A DNA stretch of 64,000 nucleotides from Eledone cirrhosa (GCA_964016885.1 OZ024743.1:253146001-253210000); one strand, 5' to 3'. Positions 31,192 to 45,281 are shown, counted from the first letter of the stretch. The notes: generated by a model not told the origin, from the sequence alone. Program-made: numbers and translations.

Positions 31192-33290
31192 ATAATAATA
31201 AAAAGAGGGCTCGATAAGGATAAATATGTATCAAATATATAAGAACCCTAGTACAGATATTTATTAAAATAACAGATTAAAGTTTAAGCAAAGAATCTCT
31301 GCTTTCACCCTTAACGGGATCTTCTGAAACTAAGAAAGTCAATCTATGAACGCAGAAGTGAATATTTCAAAAACCGTTGCAACCAGGGGAAGACAGGAAG
31401 ACGATACTTTGGTTCGTGGAAACGTTCCCTGGCAAAGAACGGGAAAAAACAAATATAATACGTCATTATTTGGAGCGGTGAAAAACAATTACACGCAAAG
31501 ACAAAACCACGTTTATGGTATAAAAGAAGTCGTAGACTAATATTCTCTAAAGTGATTCAGAGAGACGTTCTCTGGCAATGAAGGGAAAAAAACGAAGACA
31601 ATACGTCATATGTGGTGCGTGGAGAACAATTGCACGCAAAGACAAAACTACGTAAACGGTATAACTGAAGTCGTAGACTAAAATTCTAACTAGGAAACCG
31701 AATAATTCTCGACTTCAGAGTTAAGAATAAAGTAAATAAAATACAGAGGTAATTGAAATTAAATAAATATATACACGCATCCTAATACGTACATACACAA
31801 GCATACGCGAAAACACTCGCCATAGGTATACAATTACACGCACATATAAGTATGTGTGTGTGTGTGTGTGTGTGTGCGTGTATACAAATAATTAAATAAA
31901 CGTATATAAATAAATAAATACGTATATAACAAACGCACAGACATACCTACATGTAAATACACATATGTTCGGAGACGTACGTCAACCATAACACGAAGTA
32001 CACATATACACACACCCTACATACGTACGAACCCGCATACTCACACAGACGCAAAACTCACGTATACACATAACCAAAAGCATAAGTACCAGAATATATA
32101 AAATATACGCCATAACATATACAATCAAATATACGTACGAGAAAGTATACGTACCTTCACAAAACATGCAGGTAATATATACTTACCTATGCAAATAAGT
32201 AATGGTATAAACATAACATATACTTAGCTACCACATCAAGACGTAAAATATCCGCGTATAGATAGTACTATCCGTTAGGGTATAATGTGGGGCTGTAATA
32301 CAGGACAGTTTTGTGCAATTTATGTTTACATGCCGAAATTGCCTCAGATTTTTTGTTTAAGATGTGTTCTGTGCCGTAGAGTATTTCCAGGGCCTCAGCG
32401 GCACAGAGGTCACATGGTCTTTTATTTCCGTTATACGATCTAGTCCTAGCTAGGATCTCCCAGTGTAACTTATATTGGGTGTGGTTGTCTTTTAGACTCC
32501 AGATATAAGCTGAAAGTGACGTCATAATCCTTCTTAGAGGGTAACGAAAAGAATGGGTATGCATGTAAAGACGCTGCTTGAATCTATTGGCGGTTAACCC
32601 TATGTAGGCCCTACGGGACGTGGGTGTTTCAACCTTACATTTGTAGACAATGTTACTGGAGAGGCATTTCCCGGATAGGGGGCAATCAACCCGATTCCTA
32701 CAACTACAGTTAGTACTAACTACGGGGTTGCACGTGTTTCTACGGCAAGGTAGTTTAGCTAAATTTGAAGCTGTGATGTTATGTGCAAGGTTAGGAGTCG
32801 TACAGTAAGAAATTTTAATAGTATTTCTATTAACATTTTTTAATGTTTATGTGTCGGGGGAAAATGCTTCGTAATAAGGGATATAAATATCTTAGCTAAT
32901 GGTGTGGCCACCACCATATTATATGGTTGGTTATACCATATAATGCGTCGGGATCTATTTCTTCTAGGTCTATTCTCGTACTCTGTATATGCTACCTTAT
33001 CGACAAATCCACTCCGAGCAAGAGTTTCATTGTAATATGTGGAATGGTCGTTGAAAATATGCTCGTTAGTAGATAGACGGGAAAGCCTCAAAGAAACGTT
33101 TCTTACCAGGTTCTTGGTTATGCTGGCACGATGGTTAGAATGCTTACTTATGTAATTAAGCGCATCATTCGGCTTTCTATACGGGTAATATAAGCCATTC
33201 GATAAATTGAGGGTAACGTCGAGGTAATTAACGACCGAGAGGTTGGCTTCAAGCGATTCTTTGATTAAACATTAATCTGTTATTTTAATT
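31190..33290 (-). mobile_element. 5'-truncated Penelope-like element with CxC..CP linker GIY-YIG (probably Hydra-type) and short inverted pLTR piece
   Basis: Reverse frames give VVNYLDVTLNL, RRIIWYNQPYN, KHFP, CSC..CP..C..IVYKC..YIG, LSAYIWSLK, CDLC..E, CKH. pLTR with HHR-like motif at 31281-31331; 33252-33290 is an inverted pLTR fragment. Confidence 0.9.
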
Positions 33291-33499
33291 AATATATATA
33301 TATATATAACAATATTTTCGAAATATATATATATATAATCATAGGTGATCGATCGTACCTAGAGTTCATCGATAATGAAACAGTTGTCATGTACTTATTA
33401 TGTTGCAATCTTTATAGTTCGTTCCAACCGGTTTATTGTATATATACTCAAGCGGACGTTAGTTAGCTACGAAATACCAAACGCAGTTCTTTATTAGTG

Positions 33500-33529
<30 letters not shown>

Positions 33530-33530
<1 letters not shown>

Positions 33531-33779
33531 ATTGAGTGAGTGTGAAAGACCAAAGGTCATTATTGAAAGTTTCTGGATTTCGCAAAATACATAACGAATT
33601 TTATTGGAGAAGGTAAGATATTTTTCCGCAAAATTTGATTGCACTGTATGATTTCCATTTATGTATTCTTTGAACATGTTATTTATATATTATAAAAATT
33701 AAATGATAGCATACTATATGTAGATGGGTTCCCTTCATATCATATCCTGGCAACCAATATTTTTTGCTCCTGTCCACCA

Positions 33780-33782
<3 letters not shown>
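33530..33782. mobile_element. Repeat also present at 36221-36621; ends CCACTG-TA (possible Tc1/mariner-type end)
   Basis: attgagtgagtgtgaaaga..gatttcgcaaaatacataa..cctggcaacc..ccactg shared by both loci. Confidence 0.5.
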
Positions 33783-33854
<72 letters not shown>

Positions 33855-33855
<1 letters not shown>

Positions 33856-34946
33856 CATCAACATCATCAGGTCGAGCTTGCTCGGCTTTCTACGACACGT
33901 TTCCTCCATCCATCTCTGTCTCTCATAGCGTTTGCCAGTTCTTCCGCAGTGCATCCAGTATCGTCCTCAAGTTGCTTGACGTATGTCTTCTTGGGACGAC
34001 CACCGTTTCTTGCTCCATGAGATGGACTCCATAACAATACATTGCCTGCTTTTTCTTCCTTGCTGCGCCAACATTGGCCAGCAAATCTGAGTCTCTGTTT
34101 ACGTATTGACCTGCTGACAGGTGCTATATTGCCATAGAGATCCTTATTTGTTGGATGTGCCCTCCAAGATATGTTTAAAGCAGCACGCAGCATACGTGTG
34201 TCTAGCTTTTTCTCCAGTTTCGACGTTAGCGTCCAAGTGATAGAGCCATAAACAAGCACATATTCCACAGCAGCTCTGAAGAAATTCCCTTTCAGTTTGG
34301 CCGGCAGGCTTGATTTCCATATTTTTACCATTGCATTCGATGCTCCCCAGGCTTTTCCCAGTCTGATGTTAACATCATGTTCTGTGGAGGCGATATAGCT
34401 ACCCAAGTATTTGAAGTTGCCAACTTGCTTGATTATATGGCCGTTTAGATTTCGCATACCAACTGAGGAGTCTTGGTTCAGGCAAATATATTCTATTTTG
34501 CCTCCGTTGACATAGAGTCCGATTTCTTTGCAACTGATTCGATGCTGTGAAGTAGTGATGTTTCATCCATAAGGTAGTCAGCGAGGACCGCTAAATCATC
34601 CGCATACTCAGCATCGGTGATTTTCTGAGCTGCATGGCGTCTGCACTTTCGCTTTGTGAGAGTGAAACCAAGCTCTAAGATTTCGTCCAGGGTTTTTCTC
34701 AATACATAGTCGAGGCAGATGATAAACATATATGGTGCAAGAGTATCCCCGCGGAGTACTCCTGCAATGATGTCAAAGAAATTGGTATCTCCATCAGGTG
34801 AGCGCACCATTGCGCGAGTGTTTTATATAACATCATGATGGCATTTACTGTTTCCTTTGGCAAGCCGTAGACTAGAAGTATCTCTCTCATCCTCCCACGA
34901 TGGATGGAATCGAATGCTTTTAAAAAGTCAATAAACATAAAAGTCA
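33855..34946 (-). mobile_element. 5'-truncated RTE LINE (RT remnant, frameshifted) in (TA)n
   Basis: FIDFLKAFDSIHR, GVLRGDTLAPYMF, EYADDLAVL, FKYLGS, RLRFAG; short (TGA)n-like tail at 33855-33870. Confidence 0.92.
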
Positions 34947-35003
<57 letters not shown>

Positions 35004-35659
35004 ATGACAATAATTGTAAGTTTTAATCCGACATATAAAAATGCATATATGTATAAATTAAGCCCAAATCATAGTAGGTTGAAATATCACAGAGAGAAAG
35101 TGAGAAGGGGCTGAGGTGCAACAGGAACGAAATATGGATTACAGCTTAAAATATAGTCTAGATAGATGAGAACCAAAACGAGGATGTAGTTTATGGAACA
35201 ACCAAATGATTTAGAAGTCGACCTTAAATATGAGCAATAACATTAAGAAAGACATGAACGAAATCACATGATTTTTGTTTTGAAAATTGTGTAAGTATGT
35301 TTATAAGTATGCATTTTCATAAGAATTTTGTAGCTGTAGTAGTGGACTAACAGTAGACACTAGATACGGCGGATATCCTGGTCCTGGGTTCAATCCTGGT
35401 CGAGAGGTACATGTAGTCCATTTTAGTTTTTATTTTACATCCCATAGAAAAAAAATGAAAATGTTTAGCTGGAATACTACACCAGAGCACGATCGAACTT
35501 CAGACCAGGATCTCCACATCTATGATTCCTCCAACTAGCTGCGGAGACAGCTACAACAGTAAAGTAAAAATTAATAATTATAAACGTACTTTCAAAATCA
35601 AATTTTAAAAGTTGTGGTGTCGTTCATTGCTTTCCTAGGGCTATTATAATTATTTTTCC

Positions 35660-35810
35660 ATCATAGTTACGTCCCTTTACGATCTGAGTTCAAATCCCGC
35701 CGAGCTTGACTTTGCCTTTCATCCTTACGGGGGTCGATAAAATAAAGTACCAGTAATGCACTGGGTAATTGCTGGCCTTGTGCCTAAAGTAGAAACAATT
35801 ATTATTATTT
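35660..35810 (+). mobile_element. Nin-domain SINE, 5'-truncated
   Basis: gagttcaaatcccgccgag..tttgcctttcatccttacgggggtcgataaaataaagtaccag..agaaacaattattattatt. Confidence 0.85.
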
Positions 35811-35917
35811 AGGGTCGACTTGTCAATCTTCTGGCATTTTGGTAACAACCTATTATCCCTATGTGTTTATCCGTTGAATTAATTTAATTTGATTATTTTA
35901 ACAAACAAATAATATAT

Positions 35918-35982
<65 letters not shown>

Positions 35983-36163
35983 TTCCTGATGATTTTTAAA
36001 GAATGTAACAGTTCCAGTCCTGTAGAATCTCATCTATATTAAAACTTTTATACTCTGCTATGTATTGAGTACCTTACTTACTGTGGTTACCTCCGATTCA
36101 ACCCGAAATAACGTACATATATAGATATATACCCCATATATCACGGTACGTCTCCCTCCCCCC

Positions 36164-36222
<59 letters not shown>

Positions 36223-36264
36223 TGAGTGAGTGTGAAAGAACAAAGGTCATTATTGAAAGTCTCC

Positions 36265-36402
36265 AGCATAGTTACGTCCCCTTACGATCTGAGATCAAAT
36301 CCCGCCGAGGTTACCTTTGCCTTTCATCCTTACGGGGGTCGATAAAATAAAGTACCAGTAATGTACTGGTAATTGCTGGCCTGGTGCCAAAAGTAGAAAC
36401 AA
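36265..36402 (+). mobile_element. Nin-domain SINE with target-site duplication
   Basis: Flanked by attattgaaagtctc / attattaaaagtctc; empty site visible at ~33559-33575. Confidence 0.85.
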
Positions 36403-36649
36403 TTATTAAAAGTCTCTGGATTTCGCAAAATACATAATATATTTTATTGGAGAAGTTAAGATATTTTCCCGCAAAACTTTGTTTGGACTGTTTTGTTTCC
36501 ACTCATATTTTCTGAAAATGCTATTTATTCATTACAAAAAATTAAATGATAGCATTCTATATGTAGTTGGGCCCCCTTCATCTCCTGGCAACCGGGTATT
36601 TTTAGACCCTGACTGCCACTGTATATATATTAAGAGGTGTCAAGAAATA

Positions 36650-36837
36650 ATTGTTTCTACATTAGGCCTAAGGCCAGCAATCCACCAGTACATTACTGGT
36701 ACTTTATGTTATCGACCCTGTAAAGATGAAAGAGAAAGTCAACCTCATCGGGATTTGAACTCAGATCGTAAAGGGACGTAACTATGTTGGAAAGCATGCC
36801 GTCCGACTCTCTACCGATACTGCACATCCACCGCCAC
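36650..36837 (-). mobile_element. Nin-domain SINE with target-site duplication
   Basis: Flanked by ggtgtcaagaaataat / ggtgtcaagatataat; empty site visible at ~42037-42072. Confidence 0.85.
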
Positions 36838-36923
36838 GGTGTCAAGATATAATGGTATGCTCTATGTTTATTTTTATATACGTGCATATATATATGTGTG
36901 TGAGTGTATATATGTATGTAAAT

Positions 36924-37073
<150 letters not shown>

Positions 37074-37139
37074 TATATTCTCTTTTACTTTCTCTTTTAC
37101 CTGTTTCAGCCATCCGGCTGAGGCCATATATATATATAG

Positions 37140-38438
37140 GAAAAATTCAGCAATCTCCACGGCGGAATATACCGCGACGATGTTCTCCTCCTAGCTAAAC
37201 ACCTTAATAACCAAAAACTAGAAAAACTACGCAAAGATATAAGAAAACTACTACTCGAAATAGGACTAACTATAACATATGAATACAACCTTAAAGTAGT
37301 TAACTTCCTGGATGTCACACTCAATTTAAACTCTGGTTTGATTAAACCGTTTCATAAATTGAATGAAAATCTCAAATACGTAAATGTTGGGTCTAACCAC
37401 CCCATCTCTATAATTAAATCTATCCCTAAAAATATTTCCCTTAGAATCTCGGGTCTATCTTCTAACATACAAGTATTTAAGGAACACGCCGAGTACTACG
37501 ATAACGCCCTTAGTAAAGCAGGCTACCTCAACAAAATAGAGTACATAGATGGGAACAATCAAAACACCCAAAATAAATCCCACATAGGTAGATATAATAA
37601 CACAACACCAAACCACACTTACTACCATAGTATGCACACCAGTAAACCAACAAACAAAACTAATAGAAAGCGATGCAAAGAGTACTTATGGTATAACCCC
37701 GAATACAATAGTTCCATTAGTACAAATTTACCAGTACTCTTCTTTAAAATAATTAAAAGACATTTTCCCACATCACACAAATACCACAAAATCCTAAACC
37801 CTACCACTATAAGACTGTCATACTCTACAGCGTTAAACCTTGAACAACACATAAAAAAGATCAATACTAGAAGGTTAAACGAAAACACTAAGAACTTAAG
37901 TACAAAGAACACAAAAAAATCAGTAAACAATACACTACAGAACATAAATAAACCACACCTAAGTTCGTCCGCAATACTACTCCAGAGAAAACCCAACGTA
38001 CACAACTGTAACTGCACCTATCCTGACAACTGCCCCCTCGGCAATAACTGCCTGGAAAAAAATATTATTTATAAGTGTACCATTAAATCCGGAGGCAACG
38101 AGTGGTATTACGTGGGATCAACGGCAACATCGTTTAAATCTCGATTGTATAGGCATTCTTACTCAATAAAACACCAGAGCCAAAGAAATGTAACAACTTT
38201 AGAAGAAAAAGCTTGGACGCTCAGGGATAACGATCAAAAGTTTACCCTAAAATGGGAGAAATTAGCTAAAACCCAAAGCTTTTCCAGGAGCCAAAATTTC
38301 TGTAAATTGTGTAATCTTGAGATTTATTACATAATCACACACAAGAAGAAACTGCTGAATAACAGAATTGAACGAACATTATTCTGCCGTCACAGAACTA
38401 AAACCCTTTTTTCCCACTACAAGCCGAATATTACATAA
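37140..38438 (+). CDS. PLE RT (from YRDD motif) + GIY-YIG endonuclease; 5' truncated but uninterrupted
   Basis: [10 protein letters not shown] at 37161 is in frame with the 37338 ORF; [58 protein letters not shown]. Confidence 0.88.
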   Translation, partial: EKFSNLHGGIYRDDVLLLAKHLNNQKLEKLRKDIRKLLLEIGLTITYEYNLKVVNFLDVTLNLNSGLIKPFHKLNENLKYVNVGSNHPISIIKSIPKNISLRISGLSSNIQVFKEHAEYYDNALSKAGYLNKIEYIDGNNQNTQNKSHIGRYNNTTPNHTYYHSMHTSKPTNKTNRKRCKEYLWYNPEYNSSISTNLPVLFFKIIKRHFPTSHKYHKILNPTTIRLSYSTALNLEQHIKKINTRRLNENTKNLSTKNTKKSVNNTLQNINKPHLSSSAILLQRKPNVHNCNCTYPDNCPLGNNCLEKNIIYKCTIKSGGNEWYYVGSTATSFKSRLYRHSYSIKHQSQRNVTTLEEKAWTLRDNDQKFTLKWEKLAKTQSFSRSQNFCKLCNLEIYYIITHKKKLLNNRIERTLFCRHRTKTLFSHYKPNIT

Positions 38439-38755
38439 AAGAGGGACATCCCCCAACTATATAAACCTTAATCTAGTTAGAAAAATATAAAAACAATCTC
38501 TTCTCAACATATATTAATAACCTTAAATTACCACACTAATAATGGAAAGATATGCTGATGAGAATAGGTGCAAATATGCGATAATGAATGTGTCTAAAAA
38601 CGTCCATAAGTATGTATATATACGTGAAAATGTATATAAATAAGTAAATATATATATATGTTTGATGTGTATAGTCAGATGTAAGTGTATTCATGTATTA
38701 AAGTGCTTATATATATATATATATATGTGTATATATATATGTATATGTATGTATA

Positions 38756-38808
<53 letters not shown>

Positions 38809-39374
38809 GTGTATGTATATGTGTGTATATGGATGTGTATGTATGTGTATGTGTGTACACATGGACTAGAGTATGTATGTATATATGTGTGTGTCTATAC
38901 GTGTGTATATAAAGATAAGTTGAGTATGAAAATGTATACACATGAGCGCGTATGTATGTACATGAATACATGTGTGTATATATATGTGTATGCATGTGTA
39001 TATATATGTAAGTATGAATATGTGAATTGTGAGTATATGTATTTTGTAGAGGTGTGCAAATATATTTGTGTGTGAATGCGTGTGTGAAAGGATACTTACA
39101 CTTGAAAGAAAAATTTAAGTCTGAATGTTAATTAAGTGCAAACACAAAACCAACCACGCATATCTTTACTATCTCTAATCCTTCTATAGATTTAGAAAAA
39201 TAACCAATAATATATTCTATAAAAAATGTCAAAACAACAGATGGGAATCTAATTACTCACTGCCACCAAGAATTCTCACTGCTATCGAAAAACCACTCCT
39301 TCAACTATTCTTCTAACAACTTCACCCCTCCCTCCTAATATTCTCTATAAAAACTAAATAGGTCCTCAGTAATA

Positions 39375-39494
39375 TTATTCTGATGAAATGACAGTAAATA
39401 ATAACATTGAAATATTGAATGTCTGCATAACTAAAAGTTTGTAGATAGCAGCTGTTTTAGGTTATGTAACTGTTATAGAAACACGTGTCAATAA
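39375..39494 (+). ncRNA. Type I hammerhead with ~90-nt stem II domain (pLTR)
   Basis: ttatt-CTGATGA-a atgacagt[~73 nt]actgttat a-GAAA-cacgtg-TC-aataa; palindromic ACACGTGT. Confidence 0.75.
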
Positions 39495-39648
39495 ATTCCT
39501 TTCAACTAAACTGTATCCATTCAAATCTTTCTATTTTTCTCCGGATTACTTTTGGAACTACAACTGGAACCGTCGAGCAAACTCTACGTGAGCTGATAAT
39601 CTACTGTGTGTAATATTTATATTACAACACAACGGAAAATACTGTATA

Positions 39649-40047
<399 letters not shown>

Positions 40048-40054
<7 letters not shown>

Positions 40055-40971
40055 CGTAAAATAAGAAAATTATAAAATTAACTTACTTACTAAAATGTCA
40101 CTCTAACTAATTAGTTTCTGAAAGGGAATAAACATAGTTTCCGAAGAAACGTCCGGAGAAACCTTTCGTCATCAGGGATGACTATTCTCAGCTAAGTTTC
40201 CAGGCAATACGTGGACACAGGGAACTTATACAAAAATAATTCCGTTGATGGAAAAAAGCAAAGCGTGGACTAAATTCCAAGCCATTGAAAAAATCACTGC
40301 CTACTGCGTCGGTGGCAAATTCAAAAGAATCAGTCACGTGACATCGAGGTCAATCAGTGAAGAGTGGTTTTGTTAAGAAGACAGCAGCCGGACCGTTACT
40401 ATAGTAGCAGTTTTGGCTAATTTTTGCTCGACAAAATAATTTGGAGACAATTATAAAGAATTAGTATATCTAGTAACATATATATACACAGATGCATACT
40501 TATGCTAGCAAATATATAGGTTTTGTCTTAGTAACTTTGTGGTTCAATGCATGGGGATGCAGAACAATAATATGAGAGACGTAAAATAAGAAAATTATAA
40601 AATTAACTTACTTACTAAAATTTCACTCCAACTAATTAGTTTCTGAAAGGGAATAAACATAGTTTCCGAAGAAACGTACGGAGAAGCCTTTCGTCATCAG
40701 GGAAGTCTATTCTCAGCTAAGTTTCCAGGCAATACGTGGACACCGGGAACTTATACAAAAATAATTCAGTGGATGGAAAAAAGCAAAGCGTGGACTAAAT
40801 TCCAAGCCATTGAAAAAATCGCTGCCTACTGCGTCGGTGGCAAATTCAAAAGAATCAGTCACGTGACACCGAGGTCAATCAGTGAAGAGTGGTTTGTTAA
40901 GGAGACAGCAGCCGGACCGTTACTATAGTAGCAGTTTTGGCCAATTTTTGCTCGACAAAATAATTTGGAGA

Positions 40972-40977
<6 letters not shown>
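40048..40977 (-). mobile_element. ~525-bp non-coding unit, 1.8 tandem copies in (TA)n, one HHR per unit
   Basis: tgagagacgtaaaataag starts at 40048 and 40573. Confidence 0.85.
40097..40182 (-). ncRNA. Type I hammerhead with large stem II insertion (second copy ~40622-40707)
   Basis: Reverse: gtcatcc-CTGATGA-c gaaagg[~36 nt]cctttc a-GAAA-ctaattag-TT-(a/g)gagtgac; palindromic ACTAATTAGT. Confidence 0.7.
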
Positions 40978-41008
<31 letters not shown>

Positions 41009-41288
41009 TTCCACAGGACTAGAACTGTTTCATTCTTTAGAAATCATCAGGAATCGCATATATATATATATTTTTTATTTGTTAGATCCGTTTCTATGGC
41101 TGTGCGGATAATGGTTTAACCATTGTCTCAGTGTCTAGAAAAGGGGACATCAACAAATCTTGCTCAGATATCAAATTGGCCAGCACTCATCGGTTAGCTG
41201 TGGTTTATAATTGCAGGAAATCCAAGGAAGAGATGCCCGTCTTCTGTAAAGAAGTGGCAGTTATCACCTCTCCAGACACACATATATA

Positions 41289-41320
<32 letters not shown>

Positions 41321-41371
41321 CACACATACAGACAGTGATAGAGTGAGCGAGCGAGAGAGAGAGAGAGAGAC

Positions 41372-41451
<80 letters not shown>

Positions 41452-41650
41452 GGAATGAAAGAGAGAGAAAATAAACAGCATCCCATATAACATCTAGAGA
41501 AAGTTTGAAATTCAATTCCGAGACATTTCTCCGATGTTTCCCAAATACCTCATATATGAGGATGTGAAGACGGATGTGTACAGAAATAGTGATTTTCTTG
41601 ATACTTTTTCATCCTCCAGGGAATATACCCATATAGTCCTTACAACAAAA

Positions 41651-41743
<93 letters not shown>

Positions 41744-41814
41744 AATATATATATATGTACATATATACATACAAACAAATGTATATATACATATATGTAT
41801 ATACATACATGCAT

Positions 41815-41871
<57 letters not shown>

Positions 41872-42114
41872 AATCCACACACCCCACAAGCACACACATA
41901 TATATGTATGTGTGTGTGTGTATGTGCATAGTGAAAACACTGATGGAGATGTTGGTAAATGGACGAGGGATAACGATGTTAAGATAACGTGTGTGTTGTG
42001 TAAATGGGGTGAAGGAAAATAAAACGTTACGTCCAATTAAGAGGTGTCAAGAAATAATGGTATGCTCTATGTTAGAATATTTATTGTATATACGTGCATA
42101 TATATATATATACA

Positions 42115-42159
<45 letters not shown>

Positions 42160-42663
42160 ACATTCACATATATAGAAAAAGACGTAAATATCTTAGACGC
42201 TTTGGCTAATGTCTTTATGTCTATCAAATATATGTGTTATTAGTCTGTGTGTGTGTGTGTGATGTATGGTTGTTTATATATGTTTATATAAACATACGTT
42301 TGCAATTAATTATACGTTAACAGCATTGTGTGTGTTTCTATATACATGGGTGTGTTTCTATGCTCATGTGTATGCTTCTATTCTCTTGCTCCTGTCTATA
42401 TCTATGTGCTGATATATATGTGTTTATGGAGTCATACATTTATATAACATATGTGAACGTGAGATAATGTGTGTCTTTTGTTTATACTGAATAGTAGTTC
42501 CTTCTCTCTTAAACCTCAAATGAGCCATACAATCATCTGTTATTTATTTCACAGAGTTCGAAGGGTGCATTGTTTATTAGATGAAGGCTAATGGTGTAGT
42601 AAGTGGTAAGTGTGCTATCATACGTACATGGGAAAATTGTGTCTAGTCTTAAAGCCTCCAATC

Positions 42664-42703
<40 letters not shown>

Positions 42704-42745
42704 TAATAATAATAACGATATATATATATTATAATAATAATAAAA

Positions 42746-42818
<73 letters not shown>

Positions 42819-42823
<5 letters not shown>

Positions 42824-45278
42824 ATACTTGGGGAGGGTGATATTTGTGTAATATTGCCAGAATTAATAACAGAACGCACTCACTGTTTGGTTGGTTTTCG
42901 CTTCTCGCTTCTGTGTCTTTTATATCGGTAATCTAATATACTCGGTCATCAATGTTGCCACTGACTGACCGGCGGTCAAAAATAATACAGATACAATATA
43001 GACACAAACACATATATATAGTTTATCATAAATCTTTCGTTGCACATCTGCAACATCGTCAGTGGTGCTATATTTTCCTCCTGTTGTATTGTATGTCTAC
43101 GCCATTTTTATTCAGTCTGTCTATATATGTATTTATTTAATTATTTGCTTGTTTGTTTATTTTATTGTGTCTTCGTTGCGCATGCGTTTGCGTGTGTGTA
43201 TAGTGTTTTGTTTGCTGTGTGATGGGTGACTAGTGTGTGTTTATGTGCTTGTTGTTATTGTGCTTGTGTATGTATGTATTTATTTATTTATTTATTTATT
43301 TTATTTTATTTACTTAGTTATTCTTCTCTTAGGTCAGTGTTGTTTGTTTGGGTGTTGTTGTTATTCCATTCATTCTTTCTGTTTAGCCTTGGTCTTCTAA
43401 TTTCTATTTCACTGGCCTCTCTGATTTGCCTATCTGCTGGGTCATTTCTATGTTTAGATATTCTAATTTCTATGTTGTCTATGTTACCGTCATGTTGTTG
43501 TCTAACATGTTCGTATAGTACTGACCCGTTTTTTCGTCCTTTTAGTTCCCCCCAGTGTTGGTCTATCCTTTCACCTATTCTACGAGCTGTCTCACCTATG
43601 TATGTTGTTGTCATGTTTCTGCAAGTACCCTCTGTACATCTTATGCTATAGACTACGTTTGTAGTTTTACAGTTTATCCTGGGGTTCACCTTACATATGA
43701 TACATTTCCTATTGGTACAGTGGGTTTTCTTAAAAGGGTAGGTTTTGCTGATCAGGGATTTTATTGTGGTTCCTGGCTTTTCTACTACTTTTATTTTTAA
43801 GTGGGTCTTTCTCAGGGCCTTTCTACACTGGTTAGCTAATTTCCCTCCAGGGGTGGCGTCCACAAACATGACACTCTGGTATCTCTGGTTGTCGTACCAT
43901 GGCGTGGCTTTCCCTATCTTATGTCTAGCCCTATCTAAGCTATTCCATGATTTGCTCCTGTATAATGGGCAAATTCCTTTCATGTCCAGTTCTATGAGGG
44001 TCTTATACTTCTCCATGGCTCCTTCGTATACTCTGATTCTGTCTCTTTGGCTGTAGCCAGAGAACTGCATGCGGTTGATGAAGTGTTGGATGTGTCTTTC
44101 CATTTCTGTTGGGTCGCACATGCGCGACACATTCTTCATCACTCGTACCAAATCTGCGATCAGAATATTAAACTTAGCACTACTGGACATTGCTGAGGTT
44201 TTGAGTATCAGGTATTTGGAGGCCATGGGTTTAGTATAGTGTGAGTGGAGAATTTGGGCTCTTTCGTCTATAATGTTAATCCAGAGTTCTGTGTCTAATA
44301 CAGGTAGTCTATTGTTAGGGTGTTTGGAAGGGAAGTCGATAGTTACAGTTATACTCTGGTGTATGGAATTAGCTATCTGCTGGATGTTTTCCATCGTGCT
44401 ACGTTCTAAATCAAACTTGTTAGTGCTCTCTAGTGGGGGTGTTCTTATAACTATATTGATATCGTCTAAATAACGACAGTACATGATGAGGTCTATGGAG
44501 CTCTCATTAAGGAGATCTTTAAGTCTCCTTTCCCACCATACCATGAAAAGGTTGGCAACATCACCAGCTATACTGACGCCGATGGCTGCTCCCTCATTTT
44601 GGGTGTAGATCTTCTCGTTAAACTTAAATATGTGGCCCTTTAGGGTAGTTTTGATACTAGCCCCTATTGCATGTGCGACCATTTTTCTTACCTGATCATT
44701 GTTTTGGGAGATACGTATAGCTTTGGTCCACCCAATCCACCTTCCCATGGGAGTCTTTTTTGCCATTGAGGCTATAATAAATAAATACATACACAAGCAC
44801 AATAACAACAAGCACATAAACACACACTAGTCACCCATCACACAGCAAACAAAACACTATACACACACGCAAACGCATGCGCAAAGAAGACAAAATAAAA
44901 TAAACAAACAAGCAAATAAATAAATAAATATATAGACAGACTGAATAAAAATGGCGTAGACATACAATACAACAGGAGGAAAATATAGCACCACTGACGA
45001 TGTTGCAGATGTGCAACGAAAGATTTATGATAAACTATATATATGTGTTTGTGTCTATATTGTATCTGTATTATTTTTGATCGTCGGTCAGTCAATGGCA
45101 ACATTGAGGACCGAGTATATTAGATTACCGATATAAAAGACACAGAAGCGAGAAGCGAAAACCAACCAAACAGTGAGTGTGTTCTGTTATTAATTCTGGC
45201 AATATTACACAAATATGACCCTCCCCAAGTATAACAATATTTGTTTCGACACACGATTTCATATAAAAAACCTCGCAA

Positions 45279-45281
<3 letters not shown>
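42819..45281 (-). mobile_element. Penelope-like element (Naiad/Neptune-like Cys-rich linker) with inverted pLTRs, in (TA)n
   Basis: 42819-43290 and 44775-45240 are inverted copies enclosing the RT-EN ORF. Confidence 0.93.
43318..44774 (-). CDS. PLE RT + GIY-YIG endonuclease, 5' truncated (the first ~17 aa of the listed ORF come from the inverted pLTR)
   Basis: FKFNEKIYTQNEGAAIG, YCRYLDDI, LPVLDTELW, CTNRKCIIC, VVYSIRC..C..YIGETAR..R..H, RQIREA..I..LNRKNEW. Confidence 0.92.

Larger units (their letters stand above)
37138..39647 (+). mobile_element. 5'-truncated Penelope-like element (probably Hydra-type) with 3' pLTR, in (TA)n
   Basis: Open frame from ~37140 to 38438, long 3' region with internal microsatellite, pLTR identical to 9585-9846. 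Confidence 0.9.

Noticed and set aside
33340-33400. GAAACAGTTGTC resembling a hammerhead 3' half
   Set aside because: No core or stem II upstream.
43318-44774. Selenocysteine (UGA) recoding, as described for some Naiad PLEs
   Set aside because: The frame has no in-frame TGA and I cannot identify a SECIS.
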